A stretch of 63,976 nt of DNA, counting the filler, from Octopus bimaculoides (lineage: Eukaryota): NCBI RefSeq assembly GCF_001194135.2. It is 6 parts of 5 records of this genome, joined end to end, with 100 filler letters (N's around TTAATTAATTAA, not from the genome) between each part and the next. Parts side by side here need not be neighbours in the genome. Positions count along the whole stretch, not along the records: positions 31,638 to 47,823 come from NC_068981.1; positions 47,924 to 55,740 come from NC_068992.1; 4 more parts are not named here. One strand, given 5' to 3'. The number at the start of each line of letters is the position of its first letter. Position 1 is the stretch's first letter. The notes under the pieces were generated by a model. It ran no database searches, was not told the origin of the DNA, and saw nothing but the letters and a program-made list of their open reading frames with translations. Positions 39,977 through 53,788 of this stretch are shown here, piece after piece. A program made the translations under genes and the position numbers.

Positions 39977-40649
39977 NNNNNNNNNNNNNNNNNNNNNNNN
40001 NNNNNNNNNNNNNNNNNNNNNNNNNNNNNNNNNNNNNNNNNNNNNNNNNNNNNNNNNNNNNNNNNNNNNNNNNNNNNNNNNNNNNNNNNNNNNNNNNNNN
40101 NNNNNNNNNNNNNNNNNNNNNNNNNNNNNNNNNNNNNNNNNNNNNNNNNNNNNNNNNNNNNNNNNNNNNNNNNNNNNNNNNNNNNNNNNNNNNNNNNNNN
40201 NNNNNNNNNNNNNNNNNNNNNNNNNNNNNNNNNNNNNNNNNNNNNNNNNNNNNNNNNNNNNNNNNNNNNNNNNNNNNNNNNNNNNNNNNNNNNNNNNNNN
40301 NNNNNNNNNNNNNNNNNNNNNNNNNNNNNNNNNNNNNNNNNNNNNNNNNNNNNNNNNNNNNNNNNNNNNNNNNNNNNNNNNNNNNNNNNNNNNNNNNNNN
40401 NNNNNNNNNNNNNNNNNNNNNNNNNNNNNNNNNNNNNNNNNNNNNNNNNNNNNNNNNNNNNNNNNNNNNNNNNNNNNNNNNNNNNNNNNNNNNNNNNNNN
40501 NNNNNNNNNNNNNNNNNNNNNNNNNNNNNNNNNNNNNNNNNNNNNNNNNNNNNNNNNNNNNNNNNNNNNNNNNNNNNNNNNNNNNNNNNNNNNNNNNNNN
40601 NNNNNNNNNNNNNNNNNNNNNNNNNNNNNNNNNNNNNNNNNNNNNNNNN

Positions 40650-40780
40650 ATGATGGTGATGATGATGTATGATGATGATGATGATGATGATGTATGATGA
40701 TGATGATGATGATGATGATAATGATGAGGATGATGATGATGATGAGGAGGAGGAGGAGGAGGAGGATGATGATAATGATG

Positions 40781-40811
<31 letters not shown>

Positions 40812-41270
40812 GGATGATGATGGTGAGGAGGAGGAGGGGGAGGAGAAAGATGATGATGATGATGATGATGATGATAATGATGATGATGATGATGATGATG
40901 AGGGGGAGGAGGAGCAGGAGGAGCAGGATGATGATGATGAAGTTGATGATGATGATAATGATGAGGATGATGATGATGAGGAGGAGGAGGAGGAGCAGGA
41001 GCAGGATGATGATGATGTAGTTGATGATGATGATAATGATGAGGATGACGATGTTGATGGTGAGGAGGAGGAGCAGGATGATGATGAAGAAGTTGATGAT
41101 GATGATAATGATGATGATGGTGATGAGGATGATGATGATGATGGTGATGAGGATGATGATGATGATGGTAAGGAGGAGGAGGAGGAGGAGGAGGATGAAG
41201 TTGATGATGATGATGATGATGACGATGATGATGAGGACAATGATGATGACGATGATAATGATGATGATGA
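40650..41270. repeat. GAT/GAG compound microsatellite with recurring higher-order blocks
   Basis: gatgatgataatgatgaggatgat and gaggaggagcaggatgatgatga(a)gttgat blocks recur several times. Confidence 0.9.
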
Positions 41271-41923
41271 TACTGGTGGTATTCATGCTGACAATATCGT
41301 AAATACATTTGTTTAACATGCAGGTGTCTGTTTCATAATATGGTTGTGTACACATTTTTTTCTTTTTTCAACGCCGTTCTTTCTTTCTTCAAGTTCCCTT
41401 TTATGTTTTGCTTTCCCTGTGAGTATTTCCTCTCATTTTAGTTAATGTTTTTTTTTATGTTGTTTTTATTTTGTTTGTTTTTTTTCCCCGTTTTTTCGTT
41501 CTTTGCGCGTTTTCTTTCTTTCATTCGTTTGCCCTGTATTTTCGTTCTTTCTTAATATCCGTCATTTTCTACGTGACAAACAGTATTGTCGGTACGAGTC
41601 GAAATCGCCGGCAGCCAAATTCCTGTTGTCGATCATAATAATCATCATCATCAACATCACCATTAGCATCATCACCATTAGCATCATCACCACCACCACC
41701 ACCACCACCATTGTCATTGTCATCATCATCATCATCATCATCATTATCATCATCATCACCATTATCATATCCTCATCATCACCATCAAAATAACTTGACG
41801 ACCTACTCTCTTCGTCTCCTCCACTGCACCTGTTCTCCTTTCTTTTTCTTCTTCTTCTTCTGATGATGATGATGTTGACGACGACGACGACAACGGTGAT
41901 GGTGGTAGTGGTGGAGGTGGTTG

Positions 41924-41970
<47 letters not shown>

Positions 41971-42494
41971 GTAATGATCAGCTTATTAAAAAAAAAAACT
42001 ATTTCCGATGTAGTTTTGCATGTTGATGATGAAAATCGCATACATTTTTAATAGAATTTAATATTAAAGAAGTTACAAGTAGTTAAAATTATGTCATTTT
42101 AGCCGATCGGCAATCTTCAATTAGCGGCATATTGTTTTGTGCTGATCTTCATACAAACCTTTACATGCTCTTTCAGCCTGCTAGAAATTGCAGCCAAATC
42201 GTACTTAAACTACTTTTCATAACGTCTAAAAACACAAAGGGCGCAGTATTGTGCCACGGGTCCATATATTTCCGCTTTTGAGGCTGGACTAAGCACTTTC
42301 TACGTGTCGAGTGTTGCTAATAACATTTAATTTAAAGTGAGTCTCCACGGATATAAAACTTCATCGAACTCATGAAACTCGAAAATTTTAAAGAAAGTTT
42401 AAACACCAAAGAAAATGGACGAAATATTCCGTCTCAGATGTAATCTTTGATCGAACTCACGACCCGCGAAACACTTGGAGTGCACTACACATAT

Positions 42495-42709
42495 TCTTTT
42501 CTACTTTAGGCACAAGGCCCAAAATTTTGGGCGAGGGAGGGCCAGTTGATTAGATCTACCCCAGTACGCAACTGGTACTTAATTTATCGACCCTCGAAAG
42601 GATGAACGGCAAAGTCGACCTCGGCGGAATTTGAACTCAGAACATAAGACAAACGAAATCCCGCTTAGCATTTCGCCCGGCATACTAACGTTTCTACTAG
42701 CTCTCCGCC
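42495..42709 (-). mobile_element. SINE family D, full length (tail 1)
   Basis: ctactttaggcacaaggccc...aaagtcgacctcggcggaatttgaactcagaac...ctaacgtttctactagctctccgcc. Confidence 0.9.
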
Positions 42710-43071
42710 TTAGCGCACCACAGATATTAAATATACTTTCCTCTTACTTATGTTAATATTGTTAACAGTTTGGTGTATAACTTTGTTGTACAAATTTCAC
42801 TGGTCATGAATACGATAAAAGATTTAAATCTGTGAAAACTGACTCCAGTTTGAACATTTTTAATGACTTGTAGAGACACCGTATTGTGTTATGCAACCAT
42901 AATACACTGCAAAGCACATTAAACGTTTTTATAAATCAATACTGTGTTACACTGTGTTAGTAATGCTATTAAATCACTACTTATGGTTATCGCTACTGAA
43001 TTTCTATACAAATTATAGCTAGTGCTGGTTATAATTTCTATAGAAAGTTTGTTGAAATATACTTAACAAGT

Positions 43072-43117
<46 letters not shown>

Positions 43118-43183
43118 CGCGCGCACGCACACACACACACACATACATATATATTTGCCATGTTGGACCGCGGAAATCTACAA

Positions 43184-43221
<38 letters not shown>

Positions 43222-44879
43222 NNNNNNNNNNNNNNNNNNNNNNNNNNNNNNNNNNNNNNNNNNNNNNNNNNNNNNNNNNNNNNNNNNNNNNNNNNNNNNN
43301 NNNNNNNNNNNNNNNNNNNNNNNNNNNNNNNNNNNNNNNNNNNNNNNNNNNNNNNNNNNNNNNNNNNNNNNNNNNNNNNNNNNNNNNNNNNNNNNNNNNN
43401 NNNNNNNNNNNNNNNNNNNNNNNNNNNNNNNNNNNNNNNNNNNNNNNNNNNNNNNNNNNNNNNNNNNNNNNNNNNNNNNNNNNNNNNNNNNNNNNNNNNN
43501 NNNNNNNNNNNNNNNNNNNNNNNNNNNNNNNNNNNNNNNNNNNNNNNNNNNNNNNNNNNNNNNNNNNNNNNNNNNNNNNNNNNNNNNNNNNNNNNNNNNN
43601 NNNNNNNNNNNNNNNNNNNNNNNNNNNNNNNNNNNNNNNNNNNNNNNNNNNNNNNNNNNNNNNNNNNNNNNNNNNNNNNNNNNNNNNNNNNNNNNNNNNN
43701 NNNNNNNNNNNNNNNNNNNNNNNNNNNNNNNNNNNNNNNNNNNNNNNNNNNNNNNNNNNNNNNNNNNNNNNNNNNNNNNNNNNNNNNNNNNNNNNNNNNN
43801 NNNNNNNNNNNNNNNNNNNNNNNNNNNNNNNNNNNNNNNNNNNNNNNNNNNNNNNNNNNNNNNNNNNNNNNNNNNNNNNNNNNNNNNNNNNNNNNNNNNN
43901 NNNNNNNNNNNNNNNNNNNNNNNNNNNNNNNNNNNNNNNNNNNNNNNNNNNNNNNNNNNNNNNNNNNNNNNNNNNNNNNNNNNNNNNNNNNNNNNNNNNN
44001 NNNNNNNNNNNNNNNNNNNNNNNNNNNNNNNNNNNNNNNNNNNNNNNNNNNNNNNNNNNNNNNNNNNNNNNNNNNNNNNNNNNNNNNNNNNNNNNNNNNN
44101 NNNNNNNNNNNNNNNNNNNNNNNNNNNNNNNNNNNNNNNNNNNNNNNNNNNNNNNNNNNNNNNNNNNNNNNNNNNNNNNNNNNNNNNNNNNNGACGACGA
44201 CGATGACGACGACGAAGACCAAGACGAAGACGACGATGATGATGATTATGATGAAGATATTGAGGAGGACGACGACGATGATGAAGTCAGCGGCAGCGGT
44301 GGTGGTGATAGATGCTGATGTGGAAAATGATATTGTGACCGCAATGATGATGATGATGATGATGGTGATGATGATGGCGGAAAAAACAAAACAATGAAAG
44401 AGAATAAGGAGCGGGAGGCACATGTTGACAATATAGTAGGAATATGTCCACCCCATAGTAGGCTCTAGAATACTTTACTTTACTAATAAATAGCACTGGG
44501 TGGTCAAATCCTGCTTTAGTGATAAAACAAACATAAAACATAGAAAAAGTATCACCTTTCTGAATCAGCTTAATGTGGGAGGTCAAGGGAAAGAAAAGAA
44601 AGAAAGAAACTAACAAACAAACAAGGATGATAGAAAGGAAATAAGGTAGAAGACTGTCGGAAGTATTCTCAGCACTTCCAACTCGTCACTCACAAAATTT
44701 AAACAAATATCAAGGTAGAGAGAGAGAGGATATGCTGAAAGCCTTTATAGAAAGACTTTAGATACAAATGGATTTAAGTTACAAAACTACTGAGAACACT
44801 TTGGGAAAGACACATCGGAAAACATGACGGCAGTTTAGGTAAACAGAAATATATAAGACGCTATAGAAACGCCCACGCG

Positions 44880-44933
<54 letters not shown>

Positions 44934-45001
44934 CAATACAGTAACCATAAGAGCATCACAGCAAACCCCAGCNNNNNNNNNNACAAAAAATAATAATAAT
45001 G

Positions 45002-45059
<58 letters not shown>

Positions 45060-45074
45060 TAATAATAATAAATT

Positions 45075-45681
45075 ATGCCCGAATACAGTACCAGGTAGTG
45101 GCTCTCATGGCTCCTGATCTTAATTGATTGGAAGTGTTATCATGTACATTGTTTTGTGTTGGTAAAACAGATGGGCTACAGCAAATATTCTGCTCAATAC
45201 CACAGATTTGCTTGTNNNNNNNNNNTGGGCTACAGCAAATATTCTGCTCAATACCACAGATTTGCTTGTCAGTTGTTTGACCTTAACAAGTTGAGCATGT
45301 TCCTTGGTGGCTGATGATATGTGCATCTCTGATCATGAGCAGAATCAGTGGGGGAGCATCATAGCTATCTGTTGAGAGGAATTCTTTGGGGTTTGAATAA
45401 TTCACCTTTGCAAACATGGGTGTTTTGCTCAACATCCTTAAACGAACCTTATTCGGGGACCTGAGCGGGATGGGCTACTCGACCTGAAGAAAATTCTAAC
45501 TGGGCCCCACCTGCGAGGTCATGCGCTGTTTATCTTGATATGAGATCACCGTGTCGCGTGCATATGGTTGTGATGCATGTGCCTGGTGTACCCTTATCAG
45601 ACGGGTAGTCATGATGGGTATATTGGGCTTCGTATATTTTACCCCAATGTCACTTTGAAGGCATGCACTGCTCTCAAACTC
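45075..45681 (+). mobile_element. TAA-associated element E, longest copy
   Basis: Starts directly after a TAA array (gcccgaatacagtaccaggtagtggctctcatgg) and ends gcactgctctcaaactc-AATAAT. Confidence 0.85.
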
Positions 45682-45739
<58 letters not shown>

Positions 45740-45744
45740 GCAAT

Positions 45745-45861
45745 AGTATGCCTAGCTGACAACAAAGTATGCGATAAAGAAGAAAGAAAAGTCGATAGAT
45801 ATGACAGGTTAGCTTGGGAAGTTAAGCAGCTATGGTCGATGAAAAAAGTAGCAGTGGTACC
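45745..45861 (+). mobile_element. R4/Dong-like RLE fragment (continues into gap)
   Basis: DNKVCDKEERKVDRYDRLAWEVKQLWSMKKVAVV, same subfamily as 8411-9062. Confidence 0.8.
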
Positions 45862-46520
45862 NNNNNNNNNNNNNNNNNNNNNNNNNNNNNNNNNNNNNNN
45901 NNNNNNNNNNNNNNNNNNNNNNNNNNNNNNNNNNNNNNNNNNNNNNNNNNNNNNNNNNNNNNNNNNNNNNNNNNNNNNNNNNNNNNNNNNNNNNNNNNNN
46001 NNNNNNNNNNNNNNNNNNNNNNNNNNNNNNNNNNNNNNNNNNNNNNNNNNNNNNNNNNNNNNNNNNNNNNNNNNNNNNNNNNNNNNNNNNNNNNNNNNNN
46101 NNNNNNNNNNNNNNNNNNNNNNNNNNNNNNNNNNNNNNNNNNNNNNNNNNNNNNNNNNNNNNNNNNNNNNNNNNNNNNNNNNNNNNNNNNNNNNNNNNNN
46201 NNNNNNNNNNNNNNNNNNNNNNNNNNNNNNNNNNNNNNNNNNNNNNNNNNNNNNNNNNNNNNNNNNNNNNNNNNNNNNNNNNNNNNNNNNNNNNNNNNNN
46301 NNNNNNNNNNNNNNNNNNNNNNNNNNNNNNNNNNNNNNNNNNNNNNNNNNNNNNNNNNNNNNNNNNNNNNNNNNNNNNNNNNNNNNNNNNNNNNNNNNNN
46401 NNNNNNNNNNNNNNNNNNNNNNNNNNNNNNNNNNNNNNNNNNNNNNNNNNNNNNNNNNNNNNNNNNNNNNNNNNNNNNNNNNNNNNNNNNNNNNNNNNNN
46501 NNNNNNNNNNNNNNNNNNNN

Positions 46521-46572
<52 letters not shown>

Positions 46573-46621
46573 GAAGAAGAAGAAGAAGAAGAAGAAGAAG
46601 AAGAAGAAGAAGAAGAAGAAG

Positions 46622-46800
46622 AAATTCTGGAAGACTAAGACGAAGATTATTCCGATAATAATTGGTACACTTCACACAACACCCAAAATGCGACGTATGA
46701 GAACCGAACGATATAGAAATTGGGAACTCGCATAGTCGACCAGCAGAAATTCTTATGTTATGCAAGAATCCTAAGAAACATTTGAGGAGACATGTTATGA
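46622..46800 (+). mobile_element. R4/Dong-like extreme 3' fragment after (GAA)n
   Basis: FWKTKTKIIPIIIGTL...ARILR. Inverted homolog at 47490-47583. Confidence 0.65.
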
Positions 46801-46850
46801 GCAAAACGCAAGACACTATCCATTCTAATATATCTTCCTCCTCCTCCTCC

Positions 46851-46900
<50 letters not shown>

Positions 46901-46967
46901 CTACTAGTACTTCTACTGCTGCTTGCTAATGCTGATAACGATAATAATAACATAATAATTAATGATG

Positions 46968-47457
46968 ATAAACGATCCAGGCTAATCGACCAGACATAAT
47001 TATTGAAGACAGAGAAAAAAATACTTGTAGATTAATAGATGTAAGTGTTCCCTCTGATAAAAATATATCTGTAAAGAAATTTGACGAATTAAGTAAATAT
47101 AAGGACCTAGAAATTGAAATACAAAAACGTGGCATCTTAAAGCGAGAATCGTTCCTGTTATTGTAGGTGCCCTAGATATGATAAAAAATGGATATCAGAA
47201 ACATCTAGATAAGATCCCAGGAGAAACATGTCACGGAAAAATCCAAAAGATTGTGCTGACAAGTACTGCCCACATCCTTAGAAAAAAAAAACCTATCCAT
47301 TTAAATGTGTTGTATTACATGAAGATATTTCATTACTGCCCCTGCCAATTCCCCTCCCCAAGATTTCAGTCATACTGTAATATCTCTTATCCTTCACTCG
47401 CCCCAGGGTACTAGGTGTGTCTCGGAAAGTGATTGTAACAAAGATGCAGATTAAAAG
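46968..47457 (+). mobile_element. R4/Dong-like RLE 3' fragment
   Basis: IQANRPDIIIEDREKNTCRLIDVSVPSDKNISVK...KYKDLEIEI..WHLKARIVPVIVGALDMIK...IQKIVLTSTAHILRK. The 3' UTR ends in TAA repeats. Confidence 0.9.
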
Positions 47458-47489
47458 TAAAATAATAATGATAATAATAATAGCTTCGA

Positions 47490-47583
47490 TATCCTTCAAA
47501 TCTCATAGGTACTTTTTGGGTGCTGTGCCAAGTACATCAATTATCATTGGAATAATTTTCGTTTTAGTTTTCCAGAATTCTTT
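47490..47583 (-). mobile_element. R4/Dong-like fragment, inverted relative to 46622-46800
   Basis: Reverse complement reads (GAA)n-EFWKTKTKIIPMIIDVLGTAPKKYL. Confidence 0.6.
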
Positions 47584-47647
47584 TCTTCTTCTTTTTCTTC
47601 TTCTTCTTCTTTTTCTTCTTCTTCTTCTTTTTTCTTCTTCTTCTTCT

Positions 47648-47823
47648 AAGTCGACCTCGGCGGAATTTGAATTCAGAACGTAAAGGCAGACGAAATACCG
47701 CTATGCATTTCGACAGGTGTGCTAACGTTTTTTTAAATTTCTTTATTGCCCACAAGGGGCTAAACATAGAGGGATCAAACAAGGACAGACAAAAGAATTA
47801 AGTCGATTACATCAACCCCAGTG
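47648..47823 (-). mobile_element. SINE family D pieces (head 47648-47730; tail 2 at 47738-47823)
   Basis: aagtcgacctcggcggaatttgaattcagaacgtaaaggcagacg and tttctttattgcccacaaggggctaaacatagaggg. Confidence 0.85.
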
Positions 47824-47923
47824 NNNNNNNNNNNNNNNNNNNNNNNNNNNNNNNNNNNNNNNNNNNNTTAATTAATTAANNNNNNNNNNNNNNNNNNNNN
47901 NNNNNNNNNNNNNNNNNNNNNNN

Positions 47924-47982
<59 letters not shown>

Positions 47983-49325
47983 ATACGTATGTATCCAATC
48001 ACACATAGATATACAAACATATGTGTACCTATATGTATATGTATATACATATATATATGTGTGTGTGTGTGTGTGCGTGTATGTATATATACACACATAC
48101 ATACATACATACATACTCATAATATACTATTATAAAAGACCACAGATATGTGATGGGTATGTGTATGTATGTGTGTGTGTGTATGTGTGTCTGTGTGTGT
48201 GTGTGCAGATACATATATCTCTGTGTATACGTTTAGTGAGAAGACAGAAACGGTAAGTAGTCGTGTGCATTTATACATACATATGAATAAAGTGAGGAGA
48301 AAATTAAGATAAAGAGAAGAATGGAATTAGACTTCTATATATATGTGTGTATATGTCTACATCTGAGTGTTTATGTGTGCATTCGTATGTGTATGCTTGC
48401 GTATATGTAGACAGAGGACAGTGTTTCATATTTGTACGTTCGGTTAAGCAAACAACTAGAAAACATATTAACCAGTTTTGTGTTGAGACGTTCGTATTCT
48501 GTAGAAGGGCGTCAGTTGACGTCCCATGGTACAGGAGAGAAAAGAGGAAAAAAGCTTATTTGTCCTTTCGGTTATCCATACAACTTCTCCAGTCACCGAG
48601 ATAAAGCATTTAAGTAGGCTTCCAATCTACTAAAAATAACAGCCGAATTCTGTCACGTTGCTATAAAAATATTGTTTTCAAATTAAAAGAGAAATGTTAG
48701 TTTCGGTGTCTAAGTAAGCGAATAGATAGACATAAGCGTTGACAGGCATTTGGGCACCATGTCACCACTAATGAAAGTCCATCCTTATGTTTATCCAAAC
48801 GCTCGCTAAAACAAGCATATTTCGAATAGGTGTATCATAGTAGTGTAGATCCAAGCCATCCTCGGTCGAGTAGGACCATTTTCCATCTGTGACCATCTTA
48901 CCATGTCTCACTGACTACACTAACCAATGCATTTTCCCATTTTTTCAAGACGGTAAGGGGTGCAATTTGTCAGAGATTCAGCTACCATTGCTAGCAGGTC
49001 GAGTGATCACACAAGGCTTCCTCTTTGGCTCAAGGAAGTACATGCAAAGAGTTTGTTTACATTAAGGGTCAGTGGTTCACGTTTACATCAAGGGTCAAGT
49101 GGTTCACGTTAAGAGGTAATTTACATATTTAAGTAGTAGTTTGCATAATGTTTACACCAAGAGGTGACCCCCATACAGGGGTGGAAGATCTACTATAATT
49201 GGTGGGTGTTTAGAAGAATCTACTGCACTATTACTGTTGTTTTTTCCCCCACTCCATTTCAACCTTGAATCAACAGTTTTATGATCGAAGACATTCCAGC
49301 AGTGACTACCCCGTATTTTTAGGGT

Positions 49326-49739
49326 TACTCTTTTACTCTTTTACTTGTTTCAGTCATTTGACTACGGCCATGCTGGAGCACCGCCTTTGGTCGAGCAAAT
49401 CAACCCCAGGACTTATTCTTTGTAAGCCTAGTACTTATTCTATCGGTCACTTTTTGCCGAACCGCTTGATTACGGGGACGTAAACACACCAGCATCGGTT
49501 GTCGAGTGATGGTGGGGGAACAAACACAGACACACAAACATATACACACACATACATATATATATATACATATATATGACGGGCTTCTTTCAATTTCCGT
49601 CTACCAAATCCACTCACAAGGCTTTGGCCGGCCCGAGGCTATAGTAGAAGACACTTGCCCAAGGTGCCACACAGTGGGACTGAACCCGGAACCACGTGGT
49701 TGGTAAGTAAGCTACTTACCACACAGCCACTCCTGCGCC
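49326..49739 (-). mobile_element. SINE family A, full length
   Basis: Reverse complement of 985-1390 with few differences. Confidence 0.92.
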
Positions 49740-50186
49740 TAAAGGTTAAGAAGAAGAATATTTTCGGATCTACTCTTGCCTCATTTACGATGATTTGAGA
49801 AATATCTGGCTGTTGTTTCTAACAAAATGAATATCCATAGGAGGAACTCTTGTTGGTCCCGTCTGTGTATTGTGATTCGTAGGTATTTGCGATCAGGTTC
49901 GGTGTTGTTATATTGTTGGTGTGTGGTCATAGTTAATATGCAATGGGCGTAATTATTGTGTAACGTTATATGAAGAAACAAGATAGCGACGATGGGTTTA
50001 GAATAACAAGATTAATTGGATGGTAAATGGGTGGACGGTGGGGTAACAGAGCAGGAGTTTAGAAAAAAAATCTATTTTTTTAATGAGAAACAAACAAAAA
50101 CGAAAATAAGGCTGATTAATGGAGCAATCTTGGCCAATGATGGTACAGAAAGAATGGGTGGAAGAAGGGTAGAGGGGTCGAGAGAG

Positions 50187-50257
<71 letters not shown>

Positions 50258-50335
50258 CACAGAGAGAGAGAGAGAGGCAGAGAGAGAGAGAGAGAGGCAG
50301 AGAGAGAGAGAAAGAGAGAGAGGAATGAGACATAC

Positions 50336-50469
50336 CAGTTCCAAAATCTGGCGGAGTCCGATGTCAACAAAAACTTTGATGGATCCATTATTGGCTTCAC
50401 AGTTTGGTCGAACTTTACTGGAATAGTTTGCAAATATGAAGTTTTTCAATGCCAAGTAATCGTTGTTTT
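50336..50469 (-). CDS. Cys-loop ligand-gated ion channel (nAChR-like) subunit, first mature-domain exon (134 bp, phase 1/0)
   Basis: Acceptor ttctttgcgttccacag|, donor ctg|gtatgt. Encodes (E)NNDYLALKNFIFANYSSKVRPNCEANNGSIKVFVDIGLRQILEL, matching the nAChR pattern L..LF..Y...VRP......V.V.+.L.QI+.+ and ending at the conserved phase-0 intron before DEKNQ. Confidence 0.85.
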
Positions 50470-50567
50470 CTGTGGAACGCAAAGAAGTTCGACTATTAAA
50501 AAAAATGCATGTATACAGACAGACATACACACACACACATAGCCAGGCAGAGAGACACACAGACTTG

Positions 50568-51620
50568 TTGGGTTGGCCAAAAAGTCCGTTCGGTTTTTAA
50601 AGCGAAAATAAGACAAGTTTTAAACAAAAGTGATCTATTTAATTTGGTTACAGTTTCATTCCAGTGTCTTCGGCCATCTTGCTAGCAGATCCATTATTCT
50701 CTGCTCAAAGCATTTCGTGTCTTTAATGGTGTAGAGCTCTTCCANNNNNNNNNNNNNNNNNNNNNNNNNNNNNNNNNNNNNNNNNNNNNNNNNNNNNNNN
50801 NNNNNNNNNNNNNNNNNNNNNNNNNNNNNNNNNNNNATGGTGGGTGTGACAAAACTTCCCAGCCAGGTTCCAGTAACTTCTGCCGTGTCTCCAAAGAAGT
50901 GTGCATTCAGGTATTCTTGAGATGATAAACAATGCCCTTAGGATTAGCAAGTGCTGGACACTTCTGGTGGATCGCTGGGTTTAATTTGTCCAGCTGGTCG
51001 CAGTACACATCCGAACTGATGGTCCTGTCCGTAGGAAGCAGCTCGTAAAAGACAACATCTTTCAAATCCCACCAAATTGAAAGCATAACTTTCTTCGGAT
51101 GAATACCTACTTTGGAGGTTGTTTGTAGTGGTCCACTGCTCTTCCCCTGCGATCGTTTACGCTTCATATTTTAAAAGACTATCCATTTTTTTCGTCCCTT
51201 GTCGCCCTTCTCTTGGCAAAAGTATGATTTACTTCACATTTCTGCAACAAAGCTCAAATGGAAATCCGTGGGGTGAGGCTAGCCTCATTCAATTCATATG
51301 GAACCCAAAACATCGATCCTGCTAACATAACCAAGTCGACACAGATGGTTTTCAACTCTCCATTTAGATATTAAAAGAATAGCTGCGACCATCCTGGTTG
51401 TATAACGAGGATTGATATCGACCAGCTCCTTCATCTTGTCACTGTAAATCTCAGTTGACCATCTGGAGCGAGGTGCATCTTAAACGGAAAACTTTTCTTG
51501 GTCGATATCTTGAAAAGCCACTCCTAGCACATACGTTCCGTAACGGCATCCTTTTCTTGCGCAACTCATACCTTTCTGCAAGTTTTTGTCGCTTTCTTGT
51601 TTTGTTTTTGTTTTTTTTAA
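50568..51620 (-). mobile_element. Mariner (DD34D) element, decayed, in the receptor intron
   Basis: TIR ttgggttggccaaaaagtccgttcggtttt; WVPYEL, KVMLSIWWD, YCDQL and GWEVLSHPP motifs. Confidence 0.9.
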
Positions 51621-52387
51621 CAATAAACAAACATGAGGTGCCGAATTCTGAGTTAATAATGAGAATTATTTTGCTAAATACTTCATTATTTTCTAACTTC
51701 ATTGAAAGACGAAAAATAAAGCAGTGTATTTCAATAGATATAGAATAGCAAAGCGAGTTAAATAAGGAAGATCATTAAACTTGGACTAATACTAATCAGC
51801 AACAGACATTTAAACACGTTAGTAGACTAACATCTTAAACAATATAGGAACAAATTCATCTACGCAGATACAACAGCCACAACGCATACCAGTCCATTGA
51901 CTGAAATCAGTAAAATGAAAGAATGAAAAAATGATATAAAAGTAGTTGCTGGGAAATTTCAATTAAACATTTTTTTTTTCTTTTAGAATCTGGCAATGAT
52001 GATTTGTATAAGTTGGAGTATCATTCCTATGATCCTTTGTTGCCTACAAGAAGAGCACAGCAACAGCAATACCATTATCACTACTTCGTTCAGAAGATGA
52101 GAACAAGATGGTTTTCAAATCGTTAATGAAATTAGCAATTCCATTGCTCCAGACGACACGTAAAGGGTTAATGACGAAATATGAAAAAACATTAATTAGA
52201 AAGACTAAACTCGAACACAGTCAAACAATTTAATATAAATTTTTTCAAAGAAAAGATGCACCTGATGCTATGTATAAATATATGTATGTGTGTGCGTTTG
52301 TATACATATAAATGTATATTTATATACGTACGCATGCACATATATGAATTATATCTTGTGTGTGTGTATGTGTGTGTGTGTTGTGTG

Positions 52388-52439
<52 letters not shown>

Positions 52440-52826
52440 ACTCACAATGTGAGGATGCAATTTCCCCGTAAGGGATTGTTAATAACAATCCAGATGCCAA
52501 CTGGCTTTATCAAATATATTGAAATTTCCTCCATTTTATAAACAGTTTCATAACTTACAAAATTAATTTTTTTTTTTTTTGTTTTGTTGATCCGGTTCCT
52601 TTTATACTTATTTTTATCCGTATCTCTTTTTCTTGGCATTACTTTTCCATTGTGACACAAATAAAATGAACCAAGCATCTATTATATTTTATCTTCTCCA
52701 TTTTCTTTTATTAACTTTATATATATATATATACTTTATTAAAAAGCAGCTACTTATATACCCTGGGTATTCAGGCCTCTTTTCCTTCTTCATAAGCTAT
52801 TTTTGATTTAAGGTTTTCTTCGATAT

Positions 52827-53665
52827 TTATAATAATATGATTTTAAACCGCATTTTGTTATTTCATGCAGGTGGTTATTGAAAAGACCGTTAGTTGGAAA
52901 GACCAATGAAAGAAAACCATTTTCAAATGTGTATATATCGAAGTAATTGTGTTCCTGCATATAACTTTATCTTGGTCCATTCTAAACAAAACTGTCCGAC
53001 GAATGGGAACATGAAACTCTGAGTAACAGTTTTTGTGATATTTTTGCTGCTTTTTAATATAGCATATTACTCTACCTCTGGTATTCGAGTACTATTTTTT
53101 TCCACCTTGTTTCGCATTTATATGCTTATTCTGGTATATATATATATATATATATATATNNNNNNNNNNNNNNNNNNNNNNNNNNNNNNNNNNNNNNNNN
53201 NNNNNNNNNNNNNNNNNNNNNNNNNNNNNNNNNNNNNNNNNNNNNNNNNNNNNNNNNNNNNNNNNNNNNNNNNNNNNNNNNNNNNNNNNNNNNNNNNNNN
53301 NNNNNNNNNNNNNNNNNNNNNNNNNNNNNNNNNNNNNNNNNNNNNNNNNNNNNNNNNNNNNNNNNNNNNNNNNNNNNNNNNNNNNNNNNNNNNNNNNNNN
53401 NNNNNNNNNNNNNNNNNNNNNNNNNNNATATTTATAATAATATGATTTTAAACCGCATTTTGTTATTTCATGCAGGTGGTTATTGAAAAGACCGTTAGTT
53501 GGAAAGACCAATGAAAGAAAACCATTTTCAAATGTGTATATATCGAAGTAATTGTGTTCCTGCATATAACTTTATCTTGGTCCATTCTAAACAAAACTGT
53601 CCGATGAACGAGAACGTGAAACCCCGAGTAACAGTTTTTTGTTATATTTCTGCTGCTTTTAAATA
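52827..53665 (+). repeat. ~235-bp direct duplication flanking a gap (52827-53060, 53431-53665)
   Basis: Identical for ~175 bp up to actgtccga, then clearly diverged for ~60 bp. Confidence 0.85.
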
Positions 53666-53788
53666 AAGTATATATATATACGCATATATATATATATGTG
53701 TGTATATATACATATATATCTTTGTGTGTGTTGTGTGTGTGCGTGCGTGTTTTGGTATGTACTATATCACATTATACCAGAAACTTAC

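Noticed and set aside
40669-41316. 215-aa Asp/Glu-rich ORF (and His/Ser-rich ORFs on the other strand)
   Set aside because: Pure GAT/GAG microsatellite that is open in several frames; no splice or domain support.
44373-44456. MGWTYSYYIVNMCLPLLILFHCFVFS resembles the YYxxNxxxP start of Cys-loop helix M1
   Set aside because: No preceding R-x-P, spacing to the F-x-LP motif is wrong, an in-frame stop lies just upstream, the acceptor is weak, and the frame runs straight into an ATC microsatellite.
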